DNA of 32,000 nucleotides from Telmatocola sphagniphila (GTDB lineage: Bacteria; Planctomycetota; Planctomycetia; Gemmatales; Gemmataceae), in assembly GCF_018398935.1 (NCBI RefSeq), contig NZ_CP074694.1, positions 4,590,001 through 4,622,000 on the forward strand, read 5' to 3'. Made by a program: the position numbers and the translations under genes. A model generated the notes under the pieces. The model saw only the letters and a list, made by a program, of their open reading frames with translations. It was not told the DNA's origin and ran no database searches. Below, one piece after another: positions 1 through 8,329 of this stretch (position 1 is the stretch's first letter; each line of letters opens with the position of its first letter).

Positions 1-535
1 TAAACAAGTGAAGGTGCCCAATCAGGACCGATGGGGACAAAACGGAATTAATTTGTTGTGCTCGCTCTTTTGGAACCCATTCTTCAAGGGTATAAAGAGG
101 TAGCAGGTCAGCTCTCGCGATCAAGACCCGTTCAATAGCTCAGGGGGTCTATTAGAGATGGAAATGCAATAGTTTTGTAAGGATATATCAGTTAGTGATT
201 CTAAATAATCCGACATGCAGTTCTCCAGGAAAATCTCGAAGATGATTAAGAGGGCATAGCAAGTGTGCCCTGGAGTTTGAGCTATCAATATTCATCAAAC
301 TTGAAGAAAATACCCAGTCCGGAAAAAGAACCGAGTGGACGTTGTTATTTTGCCTGACGGATCAATTTTGATTTGAAAACGAACTCAATTCAGGCTGAAT
401 CTGAAGGGATATTAATCGACGGAGAAATCAATTACAAGCGCCGTTTTCCAAAATTTCTGAAAATTTCTCCTGATGCAGTTTTAGTGTATTCTGAGACGCG
501 AAAATTCAGATTTCGTCTGCTTCTTTTTGAGAATC

Positions 536-575
536 TGGAGTATATCCCATAAAGGACGTTATGGGATATACTCCA
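536..575. repeat. Perfect 17-bp inverted repeat (hairpin with 6-nt loop) about 100 bp upstream of the antitoxin gene. Candidate operator or recombination-site element.
   Basis: Read directly: tGGAGTATATCCCATAA-aggacg-TTATGGGATATACTCCa. Tandem AATCACA heptamers follow immediately at 575-588. Confidence 0.7.
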
Positions 576-676
576 ATCACAAATCACAATATAACAAATC
601 AGCATATATTTATCGATTGACACTTGCCCACTAATTGTGCCAAGATGATTTTGTGTGCAATAAAACGCATTTTGGC

Positions 677-919
677 ATGACCGATCTCCGCATCCGCAAC
701 ATCGAACCTTGGGTCATCGAATCCATCCGTGCTTTGGCCAAAGCTCATGGCCGAACCATGGAGGCTGAACTGCGGGCGACTTTGGAAGAAGCCGTTTCCC
801 GTTCAAAACAAGAACTCCTGAACGAGTTGCAGGGTTTGCAAAAAGATCTCACCGATAAGTACGCACTTTTATCCGACTCGACCGCTTTCATCCGTGAAGA
901 ACGGGATCTGGAAGGATGA
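677..919 (+). CDS. Ribbon-helix-helix type antitoxin (VapB/FitA-like)
   Basis: The N-terminus MTDLRIRNIEPWVIESIRALAKAHGRTMEAELR matches the RHH antitoxin pattern. The stop overlaps the PIN gene start (ATGA at 916-919). ATG at 677 is preferred over the longer 635 ORF. Confidence 0.75.
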   Translation: MTDLRIRNIEPWVIESIRALAKAHGRTMEAELRATLEEAVSRSKQELLNELQGLQKDLTDKYALLSDSTAFIREERDLEG

Positions 920-1365
920 TCGTCGTTGACGCCAGTGTCGTGGTGAAGTGCTATCTTCCCGAGGTTGGCAGTGCGGAAGCCTTATCGGTCATTACCGGAC
1001 GCGAGAAACTCATCGCTCCGCAATTGCTCCGCTTGGAAGTGCATTCCGCGATCATCCGGCACTATCGAGAAAATGCCCTCTCTCGCGAGGAAGTCGAAAG
1101 GCACTCCTCGGCTTTTGAGCGGCATCTGATTACTCGAAAGCACGTCGAATTGTACCCGGACGACAATCAACTTTCGCTGGCTCGAAAGATCGCACTGGAT
1201 TTGCGACATCCGATTCAAGATTGTCTCTACCTGGCTTTGGCAGTCGAGCAAGGCGCTTCGTTGCTCACCGCTGATGACAAGTTCCACTCCAAGGCAGGCA
1301 AAACATTTGATCATGTGAAATTGCTTCGGAATATCCCAAGGGTATCGAACCATGGCACGGCTTGA
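916..1365 (+). CDS. vapC: PIN-domain toxin (VapC family ribonuclease)
   Basis: The start MIVVDASVVVK carries the first PIN acidic residue. The later motifs DCLYLALA and LLTADDKF are typical PIN signatures. The gene has a 4-nt overlap with the upstream antitoxin. Confidence 0.85.
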   Translation: MIVVDASVVVKCYLPEVGSAEALSVITGREKLIAPQLLRLEVHSAIIRHYRENALSREEVERHSSAFERHLITRKHVELYPDDNQLSLARKIALDLRHPIQDCLYLALAVEQGASLLTADDKFHSKAGKTFDHVKLLRNIPRVSNHGTA

Positions 1366-2378
1366 ATCAAACATCATTTTATTCGATGAGTGATTTCTGC
1401 GTGCCCCAGGAAATACTCCCTTTTGAGTCTTCCCTTCCCTCAAAATTACTGGGTGCTCAATTCCCTGCAACTTTTACCGCCGCTGGAGAGAGGGCCTCTC
1501 GACGACTCATCGAATTTCTCACAGCCGAGATCCAAAACCCCAATACTCGCCAGAGCTACGGTCGGGCAATTCTTCGCTTTGACCAGTGGTGCGTTTCCCG
1601 CGAGCTGAAACTTGAGCAATTGACCCCCTTCCATATCGCCGCCTATATCGAAGTGCTGGGCAAAGTTCTGGCGAAGCCCTCCGTCAAGCAGCACCTGGCG
1701 GCACTCCGTATGCTTTGCGATTATCTGGTGATTGGGCAAATAATCCCCTTCAATCCGGCTTCGGCGGTACGCGGCCCGAAATACGTGGTCAAAAAAGGGA
1801 AAACTCCGGTCCTCTCGGGTGAAGAAACCAAGCTCCTCTTCGAGAGTATCGAACAAGATAGTTTGATAGGACTCCGAGACCGGGCATTGATAGGCGTGAT
1901 GGCCTACAGCTTTTCCCGGATTTCGGCCGTTCTGGCGATGAACGTCGACGACTTTTACCAGCAAGGCACCAAATACTTTCTTCGGCTCCATGAAAAGGGC
2001 GGGAAGCACCATGAAGTGCCCGCACATCACACGCTCGTCGAGTTGGTGGATACCTACATTCACTCCACCGGGATCACGGGTCAATCCAATAGTCCCCTGT
2101 TTCGCAGCTTCAATCGGAAGCGCGAGATCTCAGAGGATCGGCTGCATCGACGGGAAGCTCTGGCCATGGTCAAGCGGAGAGCGCTCGCGGCCGGATTAGG
2201 AAATCGAATCTGCAATCACAGTTTTCGGGCGACGGGGATTACGAATTACCTGGAAAACAAAGGAACCATCGAAAAAGCGATGGCCATCGCTGCTCACGAG
2301 TCACCCAGGACTACGAAGCTATACGATCGGACGGACGATCAAGTGAGCTTGGACGAGATCGAGAAGATTCGGTTTTGA
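1362..2378 (+). CDS. Tyrosine recombinase / phage-type integrase
   Basis: The C-terminal catalytic region HSFRATGITNYLENKGTIEKAMAIAAHESPRTTKLYDR shows the H-x-x-R ... H ... Y pattern. An N-terminal SAM-like core-binding region is present (SYGRAILRFDQWC). The TTG start at 1362 overlaps the vapC stop; an alternative ATG lies at 1386. Confidence 0.9.
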   Translation: MNQTSFYSMSDFCVPQEILPFESSLPSKLLGAQFPATFTAAGERASRRLIEFLTAEIQNPNTRQSYGRAILRFDQWCVSRELKLEQLTPFHIAAYIEVLGKVLAKPSVKQHLAALRMLCDYLVIGQIIPFNPASAVRGPKYVVKKGKTPVLSGEETKLLFESIEQDSLIGLRDRALIGVMAYSFSRISAVLAMNVDDFYQQGTKYFLRLHEKGGKHHEVPAHHTLVELVDTYIHSTGITGQSNSPLFRSFNRKREISEDRLHRREALAMVKRRALAAGLGNRICNHSFRATGITNYLENKGTIEKAMAIAAHESPRTTKLYDRTDDQVSLDEIEKIRF

Positions 2379-2434
2379 GAAATTCGGGCCGACACCATTT
2401 CGGATCGGCCTACGTATTGAAAAATTACTCGAAC

Positions 2435-3979
2435 TCATTGATTAGTTTCGGAAACGAGCTTGATCGTAATGTTTGCTATCGGGATATCGAGATTTTGCTT
2501 TGCGAGATCGTCATCACTAACTCCGGTTGTGCTATGCGGTATGATGTGAATCTGCAGCTCTGGGAGTTTTCCCTTATTTGCTCGTTTGATTGCTTGAATC
2601 GTGTTGGTAATGTCAAATCCTTGAGTGAAACCTCCTCCGTCTTTGGCATGCCCGTGGCCGCCACCTGTCCTACCGAAAAATGAGATCCCCCCAACATAGC
2701 TTTTCCGAGAAACTTTCTCTCCGACAAGGGTCAGGTACACGTCAAATATTAGATTGGGCTTCGCTGGCGGCTTGATCCCTTCGATTCGTAGGAGAACCGA
2801 GGCGGGTTCTGCATCCGTTTTAGGGGGAGCATTCAAAGCAGTCATCAATTTGGGATGATTATCCGTATCAAACGATAATTGTTTCACGAAAGGCTTTGTA
2901 TTGAGTTTTAAAGAGGGTTGTGCGGAAGCAATTCCAACGATTTGTGGTTCCACAAGTCTGACTCCTTTTACTGGCGGTCTCGCTGCAACGGTTCGAACTC
3001 TCCGCTGTTCTTCATCATAAATATACGCTCCAACAGCAAGGTTCAGAATTTCTGAAACAGACTTTACCACTCGGTTGCCATTTTCATCGTAATAAGGAAA
3101 CTGTTGATCGAGCCAATCCGAATCCGAAGCATTCTGATGGGTTCGATCATCCAGCCAGCGATTCCAGAGCCTATCAACATTCGCATGGTGTAACCAGAAG
3201 ATCGGGTCACGGGCCGCGGTTCTTGGATCACCCATATCTCCGCTGACAGCATCATGAATGAGGTCGTGAGCCCTAGATTCCATGACACCATGGTTGTCGG
3301 TCGAATCTGGTCGTGTCGGGAGTTGCGTTTTGGCTACTTTGATGCCACCGAAGGACAGTTCGGGATACTGGTTCGTGAATGCGGCGGTCTGTTTGGCTTG
3401 ATTCCAGTCCATAGCAAATGAGCCGGTGGTGCCTGCTTCCGGATTGGGCCTGAGCGGCTGGCCACTATTAGCGGCATCACCACGCTGAGCATCGTACAGC
3501 GCATTAGGCGTCATTTGATACTGAAGCGCACGAAACGGGGCGGGGAGTGCATTCTGACCGGCAGTATCCCAACTCCAATATGGGAGATAAAAACTCGGAT
3601 CACCCGACATTTTTTGGATAATTCGTTCGAAGTAATAAAGGTATCCCCGGTGCCAGGGAAGAAACCACCAGTTGCCGTGCATACACCCATCCCAATCGGG
3701 TTGCACGTTCACCGTTCCATCCGGTATACCATGCATGTTGGCCTGATATATCCAACTGAGAGGGTTTGTTTCTGGCAGCAAAATCATGGCCGCAACTGCT
3801 TTGCGGTAGGAAACCAGAGTAGGATGATTTTCATCCATCCCCGCAACGTTTTCTCGAACACCGGGACTCGAGAGATTGGGTTGAGCAGGCGTCTGACTTT
3901 TCGCATCAAAAGTCAAAATAGACGCGACAGTAACCCCTGCAGATTCCAGAAAAGAGCGACGAGTGATAGGCGAAAGCAT
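2435..3979 (-). CDS. Tat-exported tyrosinase / polyphenol oxidase (type-3 copper protein) with C-terminal PPO-like domain
   Basis: The Tat-like leader is SPITRRSFLESAGV. The CuA site is HGNWWFLPWHRGYLYYFERII. The CuB site is HDLIHDAV...DPIFWLHHANVDRLW. Confidence 0.88.
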   Translation of the reverse strand: MLSPITRRSFLESAGVTVASILTFDAKSQTPAQPNLSSPGVRENVAGMDENHPTLVSYRKAVAAMILLPETNPLSWIYQANMHGIPDGTVNVQPDWDGCMHGNWWFLPWHRGYLYYFERIIQKMSGDPSFYLPYWSWDTAGQNALPAPFRALQYQMTPNALYDAQRGDAANSGQPLRPNPEAGTTGSFAMDWNQAKQTAAFTNQYPELSFGGIKVAKTQLPTRPDSTDNHGVMESRAHDLIHDAVSGDMGDPRTAARDPIFWLHHANVDRLWNRWLDDRTHQNASDSDWLDQQFPYYDENGNRVVKSVSEILNLAVGAYIYDEEQRRVRTVAARPPVKGVRLVEPQIVGIASAQPSLKLNTKPFVKQLSFDTDNHPKLMTALNAPPKTDAEPASVLLRIEGIKPPAKPNLIFDVYLTLVGEKVSRKSYVGGISFFGRTGGGHGHAKDGGGFTQGFDITNTIQAIKRANKGKLPELQIHIIPHSTTGVSDDDLAKQNLDIPIANITIKLVSETNQ

Positions 3980-4185
3980 TTCACACCTGGGTACGAGGAA
4001 TCGGGCCGTAGAATAAGTAATATTTTTCTATCAAATAATACCGATCCAATTGCAAATATTGTTTGAAGAATTGAGCACGTATCATTGGGACTGAATGATT
4101 CCGCAGGTTCGAGTCATTCGTGATTACATCGAAAAATTCAAATTAGAGGAAAGCAATCGCTTATTTCAGGCAATTCAATCGATTA

Positions 4186-5595
4186 TTAAAGCTCTTTCAG
4201 TTCAGGAAAAATCAAAAAGAGTGCGTGTGCATAATGTTCCGTGAGATGAACAGTTCCGTCTCTAAGAGCTCTTTTGACGCACAGCCCCGGTTGATCCTGT
4301 ACGGCTTCTCTTTCGTAAATGACCGGCTGAGGCTGTTGTTGAGTGGGCGTGGCCACTCGGGTGATATCGTCGATTAATGTGTCGATGGCTTTTTCGTTAC
4401 CCAAGCTCATTTCGAGTTCCAATTCGTTCCAGCGATTTCGCAAATTCACAAAATGTTTCTTGTCTCGCATCAGCAGTAGGATGTCGAGTACTTCGCTTCG
4501 ATCCCGACAGCGGTAAGCCTCGATTAGTTCCAAAAAGGCATTTTTCACCAAAAAGTTTTTGGCAAATCTCTGTTTGGAGAGAGCACTTTTTCTCCCGGCT
4601 AGGGCCAGCCGGATTGAGGATCGCACGGTATATGGCATTCGAATCGAAGCGGGAACGGAAAGGGAATTCAGATCGTACCACCAGCCCACGACAATGTGAC
4701 TCAAAGCGGTTCGGAGTAAGAATTCCTGCAACGCTTTTTTGTGATGCTTGGGGTACAGTTCCACCAGAGGAGCTAAAAGTGAATCGACGAATTTGTAGTG
4801 AATCGCTTTGGTCAGCTGGGCGTCTTGAAAAAATTCCGGTGTTTTGGCGAATACGAATTTCTCGAAATCTGCCGTTTTCTGAAGCACCGATTTATGGGTT
4901 CCCAAATAAAGGCGAGCTTCCCGCAAGATCCAGTCGTGCCAAATTTTCTTGTTCAAGGAGTAGGCATCGAACATGGCCATCATGTCCGATTGGAGGTTCC
5001 GACGATGAACGTGGTGGTTAAGAATCTCTTCGTGAGTGATTTGTTTAACGATCTGTTGCTCGTGATTTTTAAAAAGCGATGATAATTGCGTGGTGAGGAG
5101 TCGAGCGGGTGAATCCGTACCCGCGTTAGGCAACGCTGATGTCGTCCCGAAGCTATCGGAGTAGATGCTGGTAAACAGGAAATCTTCAAAGCAAGCGATG
5201 TAGGTGTTGCGGTTTTTAGTGCGTAAGGTCGAGGTGGCATCGCTGTCGAAGATCAATTCTCCCGCACATTGAAGAATGATCCCGTCGACGATCCAATGAA
5301 GACCGGTTTCGTCCGGACGCGGTTTTGCTACAGGTACTTCTCTAACGGGGACCGCTGGCTTCTGATCCTGTTCCGTCAAAAAATCTTCATAGACCTCGAG
5401 TGCCTCAGCTAATCTTTTGATGGAAGTAGCATCAGCGAATCCCGTTTTGATGATATTCGTTATGGTATTTTTCGAAAGTCCCGCTAAGTGGGTGAGTTCG
5501 GCTTGAGAGATTCCCCGGCAACACCGCAATTCTTCCATGCGTTTTACCGCGACTTTTATCCCTCGTTTTTTTCGTGGCGATTCGGGCTGAGTCAT
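4186..5595 (-). CDS. XRE-family helix-turn-helix protein with a large uncharacterised C-terminal domain
   Basis: The HTH is GISQAELTHLAGLSKNTITNIIKTG near the N-terminus. About 350 aa downstream has no motif I recognise. ATG at 5595 (MTQPESP) is preferred over the extended start at 5712. Confidence 0.7.
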   Translation of the reverse strand: MTQPESPRKKRGIKVAVKRMEELRCCRGISQAELTHLAGLSKNTITNIIKTGFADATSIKRLAEALEVYEDFLTEQDQKPAVPVREVPVAKPRPDETGLHWIVDGIILQCAGELIFDSDATSTLRTKNRNTYIACFEDFLFTSIYSDSFGTTSALPNAGTDSPARLLTTQLSSLFKNHEQQIVKQITHEEILNHHVHRRNLQSDMMAMFDAYSLNKKIWHDWILREARLYLGTHKSVLQKTADFEKFVFAKTPEFFQDAQLTKAIHYKFVDSLLAPLVELYPKHHKKALQEFLLRTALSHIVVGWWYDLNSLSVPASIRMPYTVRSSIRLALAGRKSALSKQRFAKNFLVKNAFLELIEAYRCRDRSEVLDILLLMRDKKHFVNLRNRWNELELEMSLGNEKAIDTLIDDITRVATPTQQQPQPVIYEREAVQDQPGLCVKRALRDGTVHLTEHYAHALFLIFPELKEL

Positions 5596-5715
5596 GATTT
5601 CCGGAGAAAAAAAATATTTTGGGATTAACTTGGGGTGTGCAAGCCCCCGACGTATGGGAAAACCAAATTCAGTGAAATTGGAACATCTGCTTCCTTTGAG
5701 ACTTCGAAGCAATCC

Positions 5716-6300
5716 ATGCGTGGCCGGTCAACCAAATCTCCGAAGCTCCCCTGCCTGAGTTATGATCAGGCAACCGATCTGATTGATCGGATCCAAAAAG
5801 GAGAGCACGATTTCACGCAGGGTTCGACATTAGCGATTCTGCTCCTACCCACGAAAACTTCGAGCAAAATTGTCTCGAAATTTAAGAAAAATTCACAGTC
5901 AATATCCCCCCCACGAAGGCAAAATATGCACTCGGATGATTTATTGAGTCTGGGAAAACCGGTACTGGATCACCTGGAAGAATTGAAGATTTTCTATCTG
6001 ATCGGGTGTGCGTATCAAGACCAGCGGAGATCCCTTCGAGATATTGCCCGAGAGTTCAGCAATCGGGATTGCCAGGGCCGACTTGCGGAAGGCATGCCGA
6101 CGAGTGCAAGCAAGCTATCGGTTGTCATCGCCGAACTCGAACGACAAGTCTTTGGTCCCTTTTTCAAATCCGAGTTTTTTTCACTTCTGGAATTTCCTCA
6201 AGGGCGGGGAAAATCCGCCGTTTTGAGTGAAATGGGGCAGCAGGCTTGGCAGCTGACGCGACAGTTCCTGAACGACTATTACGAACTGCCCGAGTGGTAG
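5716..6300 (+). CDS. Hypothetical protein, divergent from the XRE gene
   Basis: The ORF has plausible amino-acid composition and a possible HTH-like stretch (RSLRDIAREFS). The start is uncertain (5635, 5716 or 5926). Confidence 0.4.
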   Translation: MRGRSTKSPKLPCLSYDQATDLIDRIQKGEHDFTQGSTLAILLLPTKTSSKIVSKFKKNSQSISPPRRQNMHSDDLLSLGKPVLDHLEELKIFYLIGCAYQDQRRSLRDIAREFSNRDCQGRLAEGMPTSASKLSVVIAELERQVFGPFFKSEFFSLLEFPQGRGKSAVLSEMGQQAWQLTRQFLNDYYELPEW

Positions 6301-6392
6301 TCACTGGGAATCTCCATTTCTTAGGCGTGGAATCGATATTGCTTGACTTAACCGGGAAATAACCGCTTAATGTCGAATAGCAATTTCACAAT

Positions 6393-6803
6393 TTGTTCCC
6401 GATGCCCAAATCCGAAGTTCCCCTTGATTTCATCGATTATCAAGCCATACGATTTCCGAGCGATCAGATAACGATGCGGGACATTAGACGCGTCCATCCG
6501 GATCTTTTCGACGTTGAGGATGCACCTCGATTCCGAAAAATCGTCGATCAAAGCTCTTTCACGCTCGATTTGATTTTGTATTTAGAACGACTGCTAGCGC
6601 GGGCAGCGTTTGAGAAAGCCTTGGGCAAGACGGAAGACGTACTTCAGAGACGCGGGCTCGATCGGCAAGATTGCGTCGAGGAGCTGACTCAATTTTACGA
6701 AACCTATGGCATCGCGCACGCTCAGGGAAAGCATCAGGCAGAGGTATTGATCCAGAACATCGAATCTCAAGCTGCTTCTCAAGCAAGATCGTATTCGCGC
6801 TGA
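6393..6803 (+). CDS. Hypothetical protein
   Basis: The ORF has protein-like composition and no recognised motif. An alternative ATG lies at 6402. A weak hairpin (6803-6825) follows the stop. Confidence 0.45.
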   Translation: MFPMPKSEVPLDFIDYQAIRFPSDQITMRDIRRVHPDLFDVEDAPRFRKIVDQSSFTLDLILYLERLLARAAFEKALGKTEDVLQRRGLDRQDCVEELTQFYETYGIAHAQGKHQAEVLIQNIESQAASQARSYSR

Positions 6804-7122
6804 CTGTTCTTGATTCGGGAACAGTTCAACTCACTGTTTTCTTTTCAGAAACAGAATTTTCAGACCCCCCTCTGTGAACGTATAGTTCACGTAGCGATGG
6901 TGATTCGACAACTTTGAATTATTCGAAACGGATAGCTTAAAGCCGAATCGAAAATCGCAACAGGAGGATGAGCTCTCATCGGTTCAGACTTCTGCCCTGG
7001 GTTGGTTAAGTTCCCAAAGTTCGAGTAGGTAGCTCACCACTAGAAGTCGCGGTAAAACGCGTCGCGGGGAAGCTCTGCGCTTTGGGATGAGTGAATTTGG
7101 TACTAACGCGAGGAGGTGACGG

Positions 7123-7338
7123 TTGCGAAAGCGGAACGGGATCGAGGGAATCTCGGAAGTTCACGCTTTATTGTCCAGCGGCTGGGCAGATGTGGGTAAG
7201 CACTACTTCTTTGAGGACCAGATTGTGTTCGATGGGGTGATGCTGCTGTTCTTGGACGACTTTGTATTGGTCTTGATCTTAGTGTGGCTGCGGATCTTCA
7301 GGAAGAAAAGCACTACCGGTGAATACCGGGGCGCTTAG
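7123..7338 (+). CDS. Possible small membrane protein
   Basis: The TTG start is preceded by GAGGAGG. The sequence has a hydrophobic C-terminal half (VMLLFLDDFVLVLILVWL). It has no homology that I can recognise. Confidence 0.25.
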   Translation: MRKRNGIEGISEVHALLSSGWADVGKHYFFEDQIVFDGVMLLFLDDFVLVLILVWLRIFRKKSTTGEYRGA

Positions 7339-7352
7339 CACTTATTGAATCT

Positions 7353-7380
7353 CGAGTCGGAACCGTGCGCGGCTCCGACT
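7353..7380. repeat. 12-bp stem hairpin (one mismatch, TGCG loop) in the ParB upstream region
   Basis: GAGTCGGAACCG-tgcg-CGGCTCCGACTC, read directly. Confidence 0.6.
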
Positions 7381-7428
7381 CAAATCGCCCTTGCAGGAAC
7401 TTACTCAAGAATCTCCGAACGTACGCCG

Positions 7429-7446
7429 GACGCTGATTTCAGCGTC
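7429..7446. promoter_or_regulatory. 18-bp palindrome, candidate operator or parS-like site immediately upstream of the ParB-like gene
   Basis: GACGCTGA-tt-TCAGCGTC is a perfect dyad about 20 bp upstream of the AAGGAGG Shine-Dalgarno at 7467-7473. Confidence 0.45.
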
Positions 7447-7477
7447 GCAGGGATTCTTCGTGCTTTAAGGAGGCAAT

Positions 7478-8329
7478 TTGACCGGAATTATGCAACCGAA
7501 ACAAGAACATCCTCTGGAATTCGGTTTGGTCGACGCGGAGAGCTTGATTGTCGATCCGCGCGAGGCCGAACGGCATCTGAGTTCGCCGGAATTCCCGGCC
7601 TTGGTGGAGAGCGTACGCCGGGACGACATTCTGCAGCCGCCGGGCGTCCTGCGGAATCTCCAGGTGGCTTTCGGTACTGGCCGAGTTTTGGCTAAACGTA
7701 AGGCCCGACCGGGCGAGCGCATTTTGGTCTGCTGGCTGCAGGAGTCGATGTCGGAGGCGCAGTTCAACCTTCTGAAATGGGTGGAGAATATGCGTCGCCA
7801 AAACTGGACTCCGACCGAGCAAAGCGACCGGCTTTTTGATCTCAAGCAACTGCATGCGGATCTCAACCAGAAGCAGCTGAGTGATCTGGTGGGACTAACC
7901 CCGACTAAAATCTCGACTCTTCTGGCGGTCTTCAAATGTGCTCCCGAGGTGCAGAAGCTCTATCGGGAAAACCTGCTGACCCCGAGTGATTGTGCCGAGC
8001 TAGCCCAGTTGCCGGTGGAAGTGCAACGCGCCCTGGCCAGCCAACGAGCGAGTGGAGAGATCCTCAATCGCGAGGCCTTGAAGAAGCTTCGCATTCAGCA
8101 TCAGACCTCCGAAACGACGACCGTGAAATCGTCGCGCGTTCGCATGCAGATCGGAGGAGTTCAAATCCTGGTTACGGGAAGCTCGGTCTCCGTGGAAGAT
8201 CTGTCGGAACTCTTCAAAACCGGGCTGAATCACTGTCGTCGTGCGGAAAAAATGCGCTGGGATATTCGCACGCTGGAACGGGTTCTCGGCGATGAAAATC
8301 GGAAGGAGGATCCTCATAGCGAAATTTAA
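7478..8329 (+). CDS. ParB-like (ParB/Srx N-terminal domain) partition or nuclease-family protein
   Basis: The ParB-N-like segment is LIVDPREAERHLSSPEFPALVESVRRDDILQPPGV. The HTH-like segment is LSDLVGLTPTKISTLLAVF. A strong SD lies upstream of the TTG start at 7478. Confidence 0.7.
   Translation: MTGIMQPKQEHPLEFGLVDAESLIVDPREAERHLSSPEFPALVESVRRDDILQPPGVLRNLQVAFGTGRVLAKRKARPGERILVCWLQESMSEAQFNLLKWVENMRRQNWTPTEQSDRLFDLKQLHADLNQKQLSDLVGLTPTKISTLLAVFKCAPEVQKLYRENLLTPSDCAELAQLPVEVQRALASQRASGEILNREALKKLRIQHQTSETTTVKSSRVRMQIGGVQILVTGSSVSVEDLSELFKTGLNHCRRAEKMRWDIRTLERVLGDENRKEDPHSEI

Noticed and set aside
432-623. 63-aa minus-strand ORF in the AT-rich leader
   Set aside because: It has no RBS and an implausible composition, and it spans the 536-575 hairpin. 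The region is better treated as non-coding.
617-649. Consensus -35 hexamer TTGACA at 617-622 as the vapB promoter
   Set aside because: No acceptable -10 hexamer lies at 16-18 bp spacing. The promoter consensus of this (probably non-proteobacterial) host is unknown to me, so I did not call it.
982-2084. Minus-strand ORFs 982-1470 and 1446-2084
   Set aside because: They are antisense to the PIN and integrase genes, both of which have clear catalytic motifs.
7345-7695. 116-aa plus-strand ORF upstream of and overlapping the ParB-like gene
   Set aside because: It is Arg/Gly/Ser-rich and low-complexity. It overlaps the ParB-like CDS out of frame, and that CDS has a strong SD and recognisable domain motifs.
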